A stretch of 64,000 nt of DNA, taken from assembly GCF_003334305.1 (NCBI RefSeq), contig NZ_QOWS01000007.1, one strand, 5' to 3'. Every line of letters starts with the position of its first letter. Position 1 is the first letter of the stretch. This document shows positions 22,109-33,074 of the stretch, one piece after another. The notes under the pieces were generated by a model, which worked only from the letters and a program-made list of their open reading frames with translations, had not been told where the DNA came from and made no database searches. The translations under genes and the position numbers were made by a program. Origin of the DNA: Escherichia coli. GTDB lineage: Bacteria; Pseudomonadota; Gammaproteobacteria; Enterobacterales; Enterobacteriaceae.

Positions 22109-25100
22109 ATGGCGAATTTCTTTATTGATCGCCCCATTTTTGCCTGGGTGCTGGCAATCCTGTTGTGTCTGACAGGTACCCTGGCGATTTTCTCATTGCC
22201 CGTTGAACAATACCCCGATCTCGCGCCACCGAATGTGCGAGTGACCGCTAACTATCCCGGCGCATCGGCCCAGACGCTGGAAAACACCGTGACCCAGGTT
22301 ATCGAGCAAAATATGACCGGCCTCGATAATCTCATGTATATGTCATCTCAGAGCAGTGGCACCGGTCAGGCATCTGTCACTTTAAGTTTTAAAGCAGGCA
22401 CCGATCCGGACGAAGCCGTGCAGCAAGTACAAAACCAGCTGCAATCAGCCATGCGAAAGTTACCGCAGGCGGTGCAAAATCAGGGCGTGACGGTGCGTAA
22501 AACCGGCGATACCAATATTCTGACCATTGCTTTCGTCTCTACCGATGGTTCGATGGATAAACAGGATATTGCCGATTATGTTGCCAGTAATATTCAGGAC
22601 CCGTTAAGCCGCGTGAATGGCGTCGGGGATATCGATGCCTATGGTTCGCAATATTCCATGCGTATCTGGCTGGACCCGGCGAAACTCAACAGTTTCCAGA
22701 TGACGGCTAAAGATGTCACTGATGCCATTGAGTCACAGAACGCGCAGATTGCGGTTGGGCAACTTGGTGGTACACCTTCCGTCGATAAGCAGGCGCTCAA
22801 CGCCACCATTAACGCCCAGTCACTGCTGCAAACACCAGAACAGTTCCGCGATATCACCTTGCGGGTGAATCAAGACGGCTCAGAGGTAAGGCTGGGCGAT
22901 GTCGCCACCGTCGAAATGGGGGCGGAGAAATACGATTATCTTAGCCGCTTCAATGGTAAGCCAGCCTCCGGGCTGGGGGTAAAACTGGCCTCCGGCGCAA
23001 ACGAAATGGCGACAGCGGAGCTGGTGCTCAATCGTCTCGACGAGCTGGCGCAGTACTTCCCGCACGGACTGGAATACAAGGTGGCGTATGAAACCACCTC
23101 GTTTGTTAAAGCCTCCATTGAAGACGTGGTGAAAACGCTGCTGGAAGCTATCGCTCTGGTTTTCCTCGTTATGTATCTGTTCCTGCAAAACTTCCGCGCC
23201 ACGCTGATACCCACTATCGCCGTGCCGGTGGTGTTGATGGGAACCTTCTCCGTACTTTACGCCTTTGGTTACAGCGTCAACACCTTAACCATGTTCGCGA
23301 TGGTGCTGGCGATCGGTCTGCTGGTGGATGACGCCATCGTGGTGGTGGAAAACGTCGAACGTATTATGAGTGAGGAAGGACTCACTCCTCGCGAAGCCAC
23401 ACGTAAATCGATGGGGCAGATCCAGGGGGCACTGGTCGGGATTGCGATGGTTCTTTCGGCGGTATTTGTACCAATGGCCTTCTTCGGCGGCACCACCGGT
23501 GCCATCTATCGCCAGTTCTCTATTACCATTGTTGCGGCGATGGTGCTGTCAGTACTGGTAGCGATGATCCTCACTCCGGCTCTGTGTGCCACACTACTTA
23601 AGCCACTGAAAAAAGGTGAGCATCACGGGCAAAAAGGCTTTTTTGCCTGGTTTAACCAGATGTTTAACCGCAACGCCGAACGCTACGAAAAAGGGGTGGC
23701 GAAAATTCTCCACCGTAGCCTGCGCTGGATTGTGATTTATGTCCTGCTGCTTGGCGGCATGGTGTTCCTGTTCCTGCGTTTGCCGACGTCGTTCTTACCG
23801 CTGGAAGACCGTGGCATGTTTACTACCTCGGTACAATTGCCCAGCGGTTCAACCCAACAACAGACCCTGAAAGTCGTTGAGCAAATCGAGAAATATTACT
23901 TCACCCATGAAAAAGACAACATCATGTCGGTGTTTGCCACTGTTGGTTCTGGCCCCGGGGGTAACGGGCAAAACGTGGCGCGAATGTTTATCCGCCTGAA
24001 AGACTGGAGCGAACGCGACAGTAAGACCGGCACCTCGTTTGCCATTATCGAGCGTGCAACAAAGGCGTTTAACAAGATTAAAGAAGCTCGCGTTATCGCC
24101 AGCAGCCCGCCAGCAATTAGCGGTCTTGGTAGTTCTGCGGGTTTTGATATGGAGTTGCAGGACCACGCTGGAGCAGGTCACGATGCGCTGATGGCAGCAC
24201 GTAACCAGTTGCTGGCGCTGGCGGCGGAAAACCCGGAGCTAACCCGTGTGCGCCATAACGGCCTCGACGACAGTCCGCAGTTGCAGATTGATATCGACCA
24301 GCGTAAAGCTCAGGCGCTGGGCGTTGATATCGACGATATTAACGACACACTGCAAACCGCCTGGGGTTCGAGCTATGTTAATGACTTTATGGATCGCGGT
24401 CGCGTGAAGAAAGTCTATGTGCAGGCAGCTGCGCCGTATCGCATGCTGCCAGATGACATTAATCTCTGGTATGTCCGAAATAAAGATGGCGGCATGGTGC
24501 CCTTCTCTGCTTTCGCGACCTCACGCTGGGAGACAGGCTCGCCGCGTCTGGAACGCTATAACGGTTATTCTGCGGTTGAGATTGTTGGGGAAGCCGCACC
24601 GGGGGTCAGTACCGGTACGGCGATGGATATTATGGAATCGTTAGTGAAGCAGTTGCCAAACGGCTTTGGTCTGGAGTGGACGGCGATGTCGTATCAGGAG
24701 CGGCTTTCCGGCGCGCAGGCTCCGGCGCTGTACGCCATTTCCTTGCTGGTAGTATTCCTGTGTCTGGCGGCATTGTATGAAAGCTGGTCGGTACCGTTCT
24801 CGGTAATGCTGGTCGTGCCGCTGGGGGTTATCGGCGCGCTGCTGGCAACCTGGATGCGCGGGCTGGAAAACGACGTTTACTTCCAGGTGGGCCTGTTAAC
24901 GGTCATTGGTTTATCGGCGAAAAACGCCATCCTGATCGTCGAGTTTGCTAACGAGATGAACCAAAAAGGCCACGACCTGTTTGAAGCGACGCTCCACGCC
25001 TGCCGTCAGCGTTTACGCCCGATTCTGATGACCTCGCTGGCATTTATCTTCGGCGTATTGCCAATGGCAACCAGCACGGGTGCCGGTTCCGGTGGTCAGC

Positions 25101-25222
25101 ATGCGGTGGGTACTGGCGTAATGGGCGGGATGATTTCAGCTACTATTCTGGCTATTTACTTCGTGCCGCTGTTCTTTGTGCTGGTGCGCCGCCGCTTCCC
25201 GCTGAAGCCGCGCCCGGAATAA
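22109..25222 (+). CDS. acrD: RND-family aminoglycoside/multidrug efflux pump AcrD
   Basis: 1037-aa ORF with 12-TM RND architecture, recognised AcrD. Confidence 0.95.
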   Translation: MANFFIDRPIFAWVLAILLCLTGTLAIFSLPVEQYPDLAPPNVRVTANYPGASAQTLENTVTQVIEQNMTGLDNLMYMSSQSSGTGQASVTLSFKAGTDPDEAVQQVQNQLQSAMRKLPQAVQNQGVTVRKTGDTNILTIAFVSTDGSMDKQDIADYVASNIQDPLSRVNGVGDIDAYGSQYSMRIWLDPAKLNSFQMTAKDVTDAIESQNAQIAVGQLGGTPSVDKQALNATINAQSLLQTPEQFRDITLRVNQDGSEVRLGDVATVEMGAEKYDYLSRFNGKPASGLGVKLASGANEMATAELVLNRLDELAQYFPHGLEYKVAYETTSFVKASIEDVVKTLLEAIALVFLVMYLFLQNFRATLIPTIAVPVVLMGTFSVLYAFGYSVNTLTMFAMVLAIGLLVDDAIVVVENVERIMSEEGLTPREATRKSMGQIQGALVGIAMVLSAVFVPMAFFGGTTGAIYRQFSITIVAAMVLSVLVAMILTPALCATLLKPLKKGEHHGQKGFFAWFNQMFNRNAERYEKGVAKILHRSLRWIVIYVLLLGGMVFLFLRLPTSFLPLEDRGMFTTSVQLPSGSTQQQTLKVVEQIEKYYFTHEKDNIMSVFATVGSGPGGNGQNVARMFIRLKDWSERDSKTGTSFAIIERATKAFNKIKEARVIASSPPAISGLGSSAGFDMELQDHAGAGHDALMAARNQLLALAAENPELTRVRHNGLDDSPQLQIDIDQRKAQALGVDIDDINDTLQTAWGSSYVNDFMDRGRVKKVYVQAAAPYRMLPDDINLWYVRNKDGGMVPFSAFATSRWETGSPRLERYNGYSAVEIVGEAAPGVSTGTAMDIMESLVKQLPNGFGLEWTAMSYQERLSGAQAPALYAISLLVVFLCLAALYESWSVPFSVMLVVPLGVIGALLATWMRGLENDVYFQVGLLTVIGLSAKNAILIVEFANEMNQKGHDLFEATLHACRQRLRPILMTSLAFIFGVLPMATSTGAGSGGQHAVGTGVMGGMISATILAIYFVPLFFVLVRRRFPLKPRPE

Positions 25223-25228
25223 GCAATA

Positions 25229-25262
25229 AAAAAGGCGACATGCCAATGTGTCGCCTTTTTCA
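25229..25262 (+). terminator. Rho-independent terminator after acrD
   Basis: Hairpin ggcgacatgccaatgtgtcgcc followed by a T-run (tttttc). Confidence 0.7.
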
Positions 25263-25320
25263 ACTTTCCGATTAAGAACCTGCTCAGCGGGTTCTTGCTG
25301 TTTATACTTTGTCTCGGGAA

Positions 25321-25380
25321 TTACTTACGAAGCATAACTTCGATAAAGTCTTTCCAGTTCCCCAGTTCACGTTCAATCAT
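25321..25380 (-). CDS. ypfM: Small protein YpfM (19 aa)
   Basis: Reverse complement encodes MIERELGNWKDFIEVMLRK*, identical to the recalled YpfM; not in the ORF track (below its size cutoff). Confidence 0.6.
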   Translation of the reverse strand: MIERELGNWKDFIEVMLRK

Positions 25381-25742
25381 AACAACCTCTCTTATAATTA
25401 TGGGTATTCTACGGAAACAATATACCGTGGTGAAGCTAATTTACTCGATTGCTGCGATGACTACCTCCGGGGGACAAACCTTATGTAAATACTATGGTCC
25501 TGCGGTGATAATTTGTATGTGATACACAGCAACATTTCGAGATATTCATACGGCATCTAATACTGATTTAATTCTGGTTAAAATACAGACAGATAACAAG
25601 ATGAATATTCTTAATGTTTACGTTAAAAATGTTTAATATTATTTAATAGTTGTTAATTTGAATACTTCGATAATGTTATATTTCCTGATAATCATTTGCA
25701 GGCAAAATGTTTTCACCCTTAAATGAGTATTTATTCTCATAA

Positions 25743-26117
<375 letters not shown>

Positions 26118-26120
26118 TCT

Positions 26121-27248
26121 ATGTCGTGCCCGGTTATTGAGCTGACACAACAGCTTATTCGCCGCCCTTCCCTGAGTCCTGATGACGCAGGATGCCAGGC
26201 TTTGTTGATTGAACGTTTGCAGGCGATCGGTTTTACCGTTGAACGCATGGACTTTGCCGATACGCAGAATTTTTGGGCATGGCGTGGGCAGGGTGAAACG
26301 TTAGCCTTTGCCGGGCATACCGACGTGGTGCCGCCTGGCGACGCCGATCGTTGGATCAATCCGCCGTTTGAACCAACCATTCGTGACGGCATGTTATTCG
26401 GGCGCGGTGCGGCAGATATGAAAGGCTCGCTGGCGGCGATGGTGGTAGCGGCAGAACGTTTTGTCGCACAACATCCCAACCATACGGGGCGACTGGCATT
26501 TCTGATCACTTCTGATGAAGAAGCTAGTGCCCACAACGGTACGGTAAAAGTCGTCGAAGCGTTAATGTCGCGTAATGAGCGTCTCGATTACTGCCTGGTC
26601 GGCGAACCGTCGAGTATCGAAGTGGTTGGTGATGTGGTGAAAAATGGTCGTCGCGGATCGTTAACCTGCAACCTTACCATTCATGGCGTTCAGGGGCATG
26701 TGGCCTACCCGCATCTGGCTGACAATCCAGTACATCGCGCAGCACCTTTCCTTAATGAATTAGTGGCTATTGAGTGGGATCAGGGCAATGAATTTTTCCC
26801 GGCGACCAGTATGCAGATTGCTAATATTCAGGCGGGAACGGGCAGTAACAACGTTATTCCGGGTGAACTGTTTGTGCAGTTTAACTTCCGCTTCAGCACC
26901 GAACTGACTGATGAGATGATCAAAGCGCAGGTGCTTGCCCTGCTTGAAAAACATCAACTGCGTTATACGGTGGACTGGTGGCTTTCCGGGCAGCCATTTT
27001 TGACCGCGCGCGGTAAACTGGTGGATGCGGTCGTTAACGCGGTTGAGCACTATAATGAAATTAAACCGCAGCTACTGACCACAGGCGGAACGTCCGACGG
27101 GCGCTTTATTGCCCGCATGGGGGCGCAGGTGGTGGAACTCGGGCCGGTCAATGCCACTATTCATAAAATTAATGAATGTGTGAACGCTGCCGACCTGCAG
27201 CTACTTGCCCGTATGTATCAACGTATCATGGAACAGCTCGTCGCGTGA
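26121..27248 (+). CDS. dapE: Succinyl-diaminopimelate desuccinylase DapE
   Basis: 375-aa ORF, M20 peptidase family, recognised DapE. Confidence 0.95.
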   Translation: MSCPVIELTQQLIRRPSLSPDDAGCQALLIERLQAIGFTVERMDFADTQNFWAWRGQGETLAFAGHTDVVPPGDADRWINPPFEPTIRDGMLFGRGAADMKGSLAAMVVAAERFVAQHPNHTGRLAFLITSDEEASAHNGTVKVVEALMSRNERLDYCLVGEPSSIEVVGDVVKNGRRGSLTCNLTIHGVQGHVAYPHLADNPVHRAAPFLNELVAIEWDQGNEFFPATSMQIANIQAGTGSNNVIPGELFVQFNFRFSTELTDEMIKAQVLALLEKHQLRYTVDWWLSGQPFLTARGKLVDAVVNAVEHYNEIKPQLLTTGGTSDGRFIARMGAQVVELGPVNATIHKINECVNAADLQLLARMYQRIMEQLVA

Positions 27249-27275
27249 TGAGTGGTTCTGCAAGAGGAAATAAGC

Positions 27276-27476
27276 ATGGACTGGCTGGCTAAATATTGGT
27301 GGATTCTGGTGATTGTCTTTTTGGTAGGCGTCCTGCTGAACGTGATTAAAGATCTCAAGCGCGTCGACCATAAGAAATTTCTCGCCAACAAGCCGGAGCT
27401 TCCCCCGCATCGTGATTTCAACGATAAGTGGGACGATGACGACGACTGGCCGAAAAAGGATCAACCGAAGAAGTAA
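27276..27476 (+). CDS. ypfN: UPF0370 small membrane protein YpfN
   Basis: Track ORF is 74 aa; start chosen at [15 protein letters not shown] (66 aa). Confidence 0.82.
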
Positions 27477-27481
27477 GCTGA

Positions 27482-27552
27482 GTGGCCGGATAAGGCGTTC
27501 ACGCCACATCCGGCCATGATGCCTGATACAGTCTTATCAGGCCTACCCGGCT
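27482..27552. repeat. REP/BIME cluster between convergent ypfN and ypfH
   Basis: gccggataaggcgttcacgccacatccggc and cttatcaggcctac units. Confidence 0.6.
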
Positions 27553-27556
27553 ATTA

Positions 27557-28255
27557 TTACATCATTTCAATCACATCATCATCGCCAGGCTTACCGCCAC
27601 TTAGCGCTTCGTCGAAATAATGTTTCGGAATGGTATAACGCAAGTGATCCAGGGCAAATTGCATACTGCGATTGTCGATCGCATGGCCTAAATCCTCCAC
27701 GATATCCAGCGTCACGTCACCACCGGCACTGATTAACGCTTCCTGCGCCGCAACCGCATGCGCCAGATCGATAACCGGATCTTCACCGCCATGAATCAGG
27801 TGAATTGTCGTGGCTGTAGACGCAGTTTCCGGCAGGCTCGCATAGCGTCCGTTAAAAGCAATGACGCGTGAAGCAAGGCCCGGTTCGGCTTTAATGCTCT
27901 CCAGCGCCATAATCGCGCCTTGAGAGAAACCGATTAACGCCGTGGCGTTAGCCCCTACTCCGCTCTGTTTCTGCCAGTAGCGCACCGTCTCAATAAACGT
28001 CGGCATGATGGCATCCACACGCGCCTGGCGATTATCTTCCGTAATACCCTGCACTGAAAACCACTGACGCCCCGCCGGATTACCGCTCGGCTCCGCGCCA
28101 CCGACACTCACCACCAGCGCATCAGGAAACAGCGGTGCAAACCAGCTACCTATTTCCCCCATTGCCACCGGGTTATCCCCGACACCGTGGAAAAGCAGTA
28201 ACAACTGTTGCGCAGGTTTATCCGGGCTTTGAACAACAAAATGGTCATGTTTCAT
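27557..28255 (-). CDS. ypfH: Esterase YpfH (alpha/beta hydrolase)
   Basis: Track ORF is 240 aa; start chosen at MKHDHFVVQSPDKPAQQ (232 aa). Confidence 0.87.
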   Translation of the reverse strand: MKHDHFVVQSPDKPAQQLLLLFHGVGDNPVAMGEIGSWFAPLFPDALVVSVGGAEPSGNPAGRQWFSVQGITEDNRQARVDAIMPTFIETVRYWQKQSGVGANATALIGFSQGAIMALESIKAEPGLASRVIAFNGRYASLPETASTATTIHLIHGGEDPVIDLAHAVAAQEALISAGGDVTLDIVEDLGHAIDNRSMQFALDHLRYTIPKHYFDEALSGGKPGDDDVIEMM

Positions 28256-28328
28256 GGCGAACTCCTTAACTGATGTCATTAATTTTACGCCGCTGACTCA
28301 CAATGACCATGGGAGAAAATTGAAGGAG

Positions 28329-30344
28329 TCAGTGAAAAAATTGCCATTGCGTTATGCGATCGCGCAGACGCTCAGTGCGAACATCATTAAGTGCGAACAG
28401 CGCCTGCGCGGCCTCTTCCCGCTGACGGACCAGTAACATCTTGCGGCCTGAAAGTTTAAGTGTGGTACATAACTGCGCGTCGCTGACGTTTTTCTGTAAA
28501 CGCCCACGCAGCGCCGGTAATGCCAGTTCACTGGTTTGTAGCAGACGCAATAAGCAACCTAACGATGTTAATAGCGGACGATGAGCGAAAGCAAAACCGG
28601 CCAGTTCAAGCCAGTCGTCGTCAGAAAGGACGGCATCGTTTAGTGGATCAACAGGAAGCGTTTCGCCATTCCACTTTGCGAGAGCTTGCGCATCGCGACG
28701 TAAACGGTAATGCTCACGTTCAGCCAGTTGTTTACCCGCATTACTCATCGGTAACAGCGCCATCGCCGTATAGCAACCGCTGCTGGCTTCACGATGATTA
28801 CCCATCCGCACCAGCACAAAACCGCAGCGGTGCCAGAAACGCCATAACTCCCCGGTGTAACCAAAACTCACCGAAAGATAGTCGAGGTCACGCGTATATT
28901 GCAAAGCACCAGCAATAAGTTGCTGCCCTGTGCCTTCCCGCTGACGCGCCGGATGAACTGCTATCCGGCTGACCCGCCGTCCACGCAATGTCGCTGCCAG
29001 TGGATTGCTACCGTGCGCCGCCAGCGACTGGGCCACCAGATTACCCCGCGGGCGACGAAAACCTGCCCATACCGCCTGACTGAGTTGTTGAGATAATCCC
29101 CCCTCATCCACCAGCCACAGCGCTCCGGCAATCTCGTTTTCGCCAGCCGCCTGTAAAAAATGTTGCCCTGGTGCATCCATCATCCGGCGTAAATCCAGCG
29201 GCGAAGTCCGGTAGTGCGCACCAGACAATAACTGATAAACCTTTAACGGCGTTTCTGGCTCGCTTCGCCATAACGTTTGTTCAAATGCGGAAATGACGAT
29301 ATTGCCTTGTGGTGTATGGGTGAAGTTTTCATCGTCAAAAACCAGTGCCTCACTAACCATTTTTTCCAGCGGGCATCCCTGTGCCCAGCGGATCGGCTGT
29401 TGCAGTTCAAAACGGTGTAAATGCGGAAAGCGAGCGCAAAATTTCAGCAAAAAACCACGTCCGGTGCCTTCGTAGCCCTGCACCGTAGTGGTTAACAACG
29501 TTCGAGGAAAACGCGATACCAGTTGATGCAACAACGGCGCAGGTATGGCTGCGGCTTCGTCGACCACCAGCCAGTCGGCTTGCTCATCGCTGGCTAACAA
29601 GGCATCCGGTGCAATAAAGCGAAACTTCTCGCCCGCAAATTGTGCCAGTACATCCGTTGCCGCTTTTGCGGGCGCGGTGACAATCGCACTGCCCGCAATA
29701 CGAGAAATGAGTTGCCCTGCCAACGCCGACTTACCGCGCCCACGCGCAGCCGTTACCGCTGCCACGCCCGGAGGCATGGTCAGTAGCTGCTGTAAGAGTT
29801 GCTGTTGTTCTGGTTGTGGTGCGCCGGTCGCGGGGTGCCAGTCAGTACGGGGAGTAAAATGCGCCAACGAGAACGGCTGGTTTTGCCGCCAGAGGATAGC
29901 GTCGTTATCCGCCGTAAGTACGCGTTTGAGATGCTGGACAAAATGCGGCGTCGCAATAGGGTCAGGGCAATCACTCCAGCGCAGCGAATCGGCATCAGGT
30001 TGGTTTTCCCACTCTTCCCATACAGGGAGTAACAAAACCAGCCAGCTTCCCGCTTTCAACGTTCCGCTAAGTGCTGCAAAGGCAGCGGCATCAAAGCCGT
30101 GGCGGGCGTCGAATACCGCATGCCGGAACTCGCGCCCAAGTAAAGTTTGTAGCGCCGAGGGTGAACAGTGGTTTTCAGCATCTGGCTGCGGCGAAATCCA
30201 CAGCCAGTCGCCAGGTAAGGCATCACGCAACTTAAGCGCATGATCAAAACACCAACCCTCTTCCCCGCTCAACACCAGCAAGCGGCGGATCCCTTCACGT
30301 TTCATTTGCGCTGTTAATGTGTGAAGCGCAGTCAGTTCAGCCAT
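28329..30344 (-). CDS. tmcA: tRNA(Met) cytidine acetyltransferase TmcA
   Basis: 671-aa ORF with helicase-like P-loop (TAARGRGKSA) and GNAT domain, recognised TmcA/YpfI. Confidence 0.9.
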   Translation of the reverse strand: MAELTALHTLTAQMKREGIRRLLVLSGEEGWCFDHALKLRDALPGDWLWISPQPDAENHCSPSALQTLLGREFRHAVFDARHGFDAAAFAALSGTLKAGSWLVLLLPVWEEWENQPDADSLRWSDCPDPIATPHFVQHLKRVLTADNDAILWRQNQPFSLAHFTPRTDWHPATGAPQPEQQQLLQQLLTMPPGVAAVTAARGRGKSALAGQLISRIAGSAIVTAPAKAATDVLAQFAGEKFRFIAPDALLASDEQADWLVVDEAAAIPAPLLHQLVSRFPRTLLTTTVQGYEGTGRGFLLKFCARFPHLHRFELQQPIRWAQGCPLEKMVSEALVFDDENFTHTPQGNIVISAFEQTLWRSEPETPLKVYQLLSGAHYRTSPLDLRRMMDAPGQHFLQAAGENEIAGALWLVDEGGLSQQLSQAVWAGFRRPRGNLVAQSLAAHGSNPLAATLRGRRVSRIAVHPARQREGTGQQLIAGALQYTRDLDYLSVSFGYTGELWRFWHRCGFVLVRMGNHREASSGCYTAMALLPMSNAGKQLAEREHYRLRRDAQALAKWNGETLPVDPLNDAVLSDDDWLELAGFAFAHRPLLTSLGCLLRLLQTSELALPALRGRLQKNVSDAQLCTTLKLSGRKMLLVRQREEAAQALFALNDVRTERLRDRITQWQFFH

Positions 30345-30358
30345 CCCTGCCCCGGAAG

Positions 30359-31222
30359 TTAAATGCTTTTACCAAAAGTATTGCATTGTGCCGGATCGCC
30401 GCTGTCGAAACCACGTTTAAACCAGCTGTAGCGTTGCTGAGAAGTGCCATGTGTGAAACTATCTGGTACTACTCGCCCCTGACTTTGCTGTTGTAAACGG
30501 TCATCGCCGATGGCCTGCGCCGCGTTCAGCGCCTCTTCCAGATCGCCGGTTTCCAGAACGCCTTGCTGCTGCATGTTATGCCCCCAGACACCGGCAAAAC
30601 AGTCGGCCTGGAGTTCCATACGCACAGATAAGCGGTTCACTTCCGCCTGCGTCGCGTTTTGTTGCAGTTGACGAACTTTCGGCTCGATGCCTAACAGTTT
30701 CTGCACATGATGACCGACTTCATGGGCGATAACGTACCCCTGGGCAAAATCGCCATCCGCGCCAAGTTTGTCTTTCATGTCATCATAGAAGGAGAGATCG
30801 ATATAAACCGTGCCATCCGCCGGGCAATAGAACGGCCCCATTATGGACTGGCCCGCCCCGCATCCGGTACGCGTCATTCCACGGTACATGACCAGCTTCG
30901 GTTGCTGATAGGTCTTACCCATCTTCTCGAACTGTTGTCCCCAGGTGTCTTCCGTGGTTGCCAGAATCACCGAGGTGAATTTTGCGGCTTCGTCTTCATT
31001 AGGGCTAATTGACCGCGTTGATTGCTGTTGGGAAACCGGCTGCCCGGTCATCAACCCGGTTAAATCAACGCCATAGTAGCCTGCAACCAGCACGACTATC
31101 AGTAAAATCAGCCCGCCTTTACCGCTTGGCAGGCGAAAACCGGGACCGCCCATAGACGGACCACCAGAGCTGTTGCGCCTGTCTTCAACATTGTCACTTT
31201 CACGTCGTCCTTGCCAACGCAT
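30359..31222 (-). CDS. ypfJ: Putative zinc metalloprotease YpfJ (HExxH)
   Basis: 287-aa ORF with HEVGHHVQ motif and N-terminal TM segment, recognised YpfJ. Confidence 0.9.
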   Translation of the reverse strand: MRWQGRRESDNVEDRRNSSGGPSMGGPGFRLPSGKGGLILLIVVLVAGYYGVDLTGLMTGQPVSQQQSTRSISPNEDEAAKFTSVILATTEDTWGQQFEKMGKTYQQPKLVMYRGMTRTGCGAGQSIMGPFYCPADGTVYIDLSFYDDMKDKLGADGDFAQGYVIAHEVGHHVQKLLGIEPKVRQLQQNATQAEVNRLSVRMELQADCFAGVWGHNMQQQGVLETGDLEEALNAAQAIGDDRLQQQSQGRVVPDSFTHGTSQQRYSWFKRGFDSGDPAQCNTFGKSI

Positions 31223-31368
31223 AGATACCTCAACAATATATTCATTATAGAAATGATCGTAGGTGGTTCAGAGGAAGATTACCACAGGAAAGCGGGATGA
31301 AATGGCGGAGGAATTAAGGCTTCATGCCACGTTATATAATTTACGAATGTTAGAAGTAAAAGAGAATG

Positions 31369-31767
31369 TTAGCTCCAATCTTCTAGTCTGATTCCCGCCA
31401 CTCGCTCAAACTCTCGGGTATTGTTGGTAACCACAATCAAACCGCGACTGCGAGCATGTCCCGCTATCATCTGGTCAAAAGGTCCAACAGGCCTTCCCTG
31501 CCGGGCAAGCTCGGCCCTGATTTGCCCGGTATGCGTCGCAGCAGCACTATCATAATCAAGCACTTCCAAACGAGATACGAAACCTTCAATCACCGCCAAA
31601 TTGCGTTCTGGCATCTGACTTTTTTCTGCCCCATAGATAAGCTCCATCAATGTTACAGAACTTATACACATCCGGCCAGAATTCAGGTTAAACCGCTCTC
31701 TGACATGTACTGGTTTATTCTTAATAGTGAAAATACAGATATTGGTATCCAGCATGAATTTCAGCAT
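31369..31767 (-). CDS. vapC: PIN-domain ribonuclease toxin, VapC family (closest recalled relatives Shigella MvpA / Salmonella VapC, which cleave initiator tRNA-fMet)
   Basis: 132-aa ORF beginning MLKFMLDTNICIF with conserved PIN acidic residues; near-identical in my recollection to enterobacterial VapC/MvpA; 1-nt ATGA overlap with the upstream antitoxin ORF. Confidence 0.85.
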   Translation of the reverse strand: MLKFMLDTNICIFTIKNKPVHVRERFNLNSGRMCISSVTLMELIYGAEKSQMPERNLAVIEGFVSRLEVLDYDSAAATHTGQIRAELARQGRPVGPFDQMIAGHARSRGLIVVTNNTREFERVAGIRLEDWS

Positions 31768-31994
31768 CAGAATGATTCCCTTTCCTGCATTGCGGGTTGA
31801 TCACGGATATCCATAAAATCCGCACTCACATTTTCGCCATCAAACCAACTGTCCCAGGACTCACCGGCGGGAGTGATGATTCTTGTACGACCAATCGCAA
31901 TAATTTCTACTTTCTTAACATCCTCTGGCAGAGCGACCGCTTTCGGTAATCTGACGGCCTGACTGCGATTACTTAAAAATACAGTAGTTTCCAT
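31767..31994 (-). CDS. vapB: VapB-type antitoxin (AbrB/SpoVT/MazE swapped-hairpin DNA-binding domain)
   Basis: Track ORF is 88 aa; start chosen at METTVFLSNRSQAVRLPKAV (75 aa), preceded by a G-rich SD; stop overlaps the vapC start. Confidence 0.8.
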   Translation of the reverse strand: METTVFLSNRSQAVRLPKAVALPEDVKKVEIIAIGRTRIITPAGESWDSWFDGENVSADFMDIRDQPAMQERESF

Positions 31995-32060
31995 AGCCCC
32001 CCCTTTTTTGGGATATACGTCATGTATATACATATTGGCCTGTTATTACTTTCCTGTCAA
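31995..32060 (-). promoter_or_regulatory. Putative vapBC promoter/operator
   Basis: On the minus strand ttgaca (-35-like) precedes a 12-bp perfect palindrome atgtatatacat and tatac direct repeats directly upstream of the vapB start. Confidence 0.4.
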
Positions 32061-32148
32061 AGGGAGATAATGCGAAGTATTGTAGCGGGGGTATCGAAGA
32101 CATTTAGCCGGAGTACCCTCCGGCTAAATAAACAAGCAACCAGAAAAA

Positions 32149-32871
32149 TCAGTCCAGCTGTACACCCAGGCGGCGGGCGACGGCTTCATAGGCCTCGATC
32201 AGGCCACCGAGGCTCTGGCGGAAACGGTCTTTGTCCATTTTCTCCAGTGTTTCTTTGTCCCACAGGCGGCTGCCGTCCGGGGAGAACTCATCGCCCAGTA
32301 CCACTTCACCTTTGTACAGACCAAACTCCAGCTTGAAGTCGACCAGAATCAGACCAGCATCATCGAACAGTTTTTTCAGCACGTCGTTCGCTTTGTAGGT
32401 CAGCTCTTTCATACGCGCCAGGTTCTCTTTGCTCACCCAGCCAAAGGTTTCGCAGTAAGATTCGTTGACCATCGGATCGTGCATGGCGTCGTTTTTCAGG
32501 AACAGATCGAACAGCGGCGGGTTCAGCTCAATACCTTCTTCGATTCCAAGACGTTTCACCAGAGAGCCAGCAGCACGGTTACGCACGACACACTCAACCG
32601 GCACCATATCCAGCTTTTTCACCAGACATTCGGTATCGGAGAGCAGACGCTCCATTTGAGTCGGGATACCCGCTTCAGCCAGTTTGCTCATAATGAAGTA
32701 GTTGAACTTGTTGTTCACCATACCTTTGCGATCAAACTGCTCAATGCGCGCGCCATCCCCTGCTGACGTATCATTGCGGAATTCGAGCACCAACAGGTCC
32801 GGGTTTTCCGTGCTGTATACGGTTTTCGCTTTACCACGATACAACTCAGCTTGCTTTTGCATCTTTATCAC
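32149..32871 (-). CDS. purC: SAICAR synthetase PurC
   Basis: Track ORF is 240 aa (237-aa PurC if translation begins at the internal [16 protein letters not shown]); recognised PurC. Confidence 0.93.
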
Positions 32872-32913
32872 TCCTGGGTGTGAATTAACGTTTTAAAATC
32901 TTTTGCTGTCTGG

Positions 32914-32970
<57 letters not shown>

Positions 32971-33015
32971 AACAAATTTCGTGCGAATTACCGCTAAAAT
33001 CGCGTTTTCCTGCCG

Positions 33016-33031
33016 ACGCACACGTTTGCGT
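33016..33031. promoter_or_regulatory. PurR operator (PUR box) for purC
   Basis: acgcacacgtttgcgt matches the palindromic PUR-box consensus ACGCAAACGTTTGCGT at 15/16, about 145 bp upstream of the purC start. Confidence 0.5.
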
Positions 33032-33074
33032 ATCATATCAGAAAAAAGGGCCGGATGATTCCAGCCCTGTATTT

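Noticed and set aside
25295-25522. 75-aa plus-strand ORF in the acrD-yffB intergenic region
   Set aside because: Lies antisense to the recognisable small gene ypfM and within AT-rich DNA where spurious ORFs are frequent; no SD or recognisable domain.
31767-32033. Longer 88-aa version of the antitoxin ORF starting MYIHDVYPKKGGAMETTV
   Set aside because: The upstream ATG lies inside the palindromic putative operator/promoter and lacks an SD; the internal METTV start has a G-rich SD and matches the usual VapB N-terminus.
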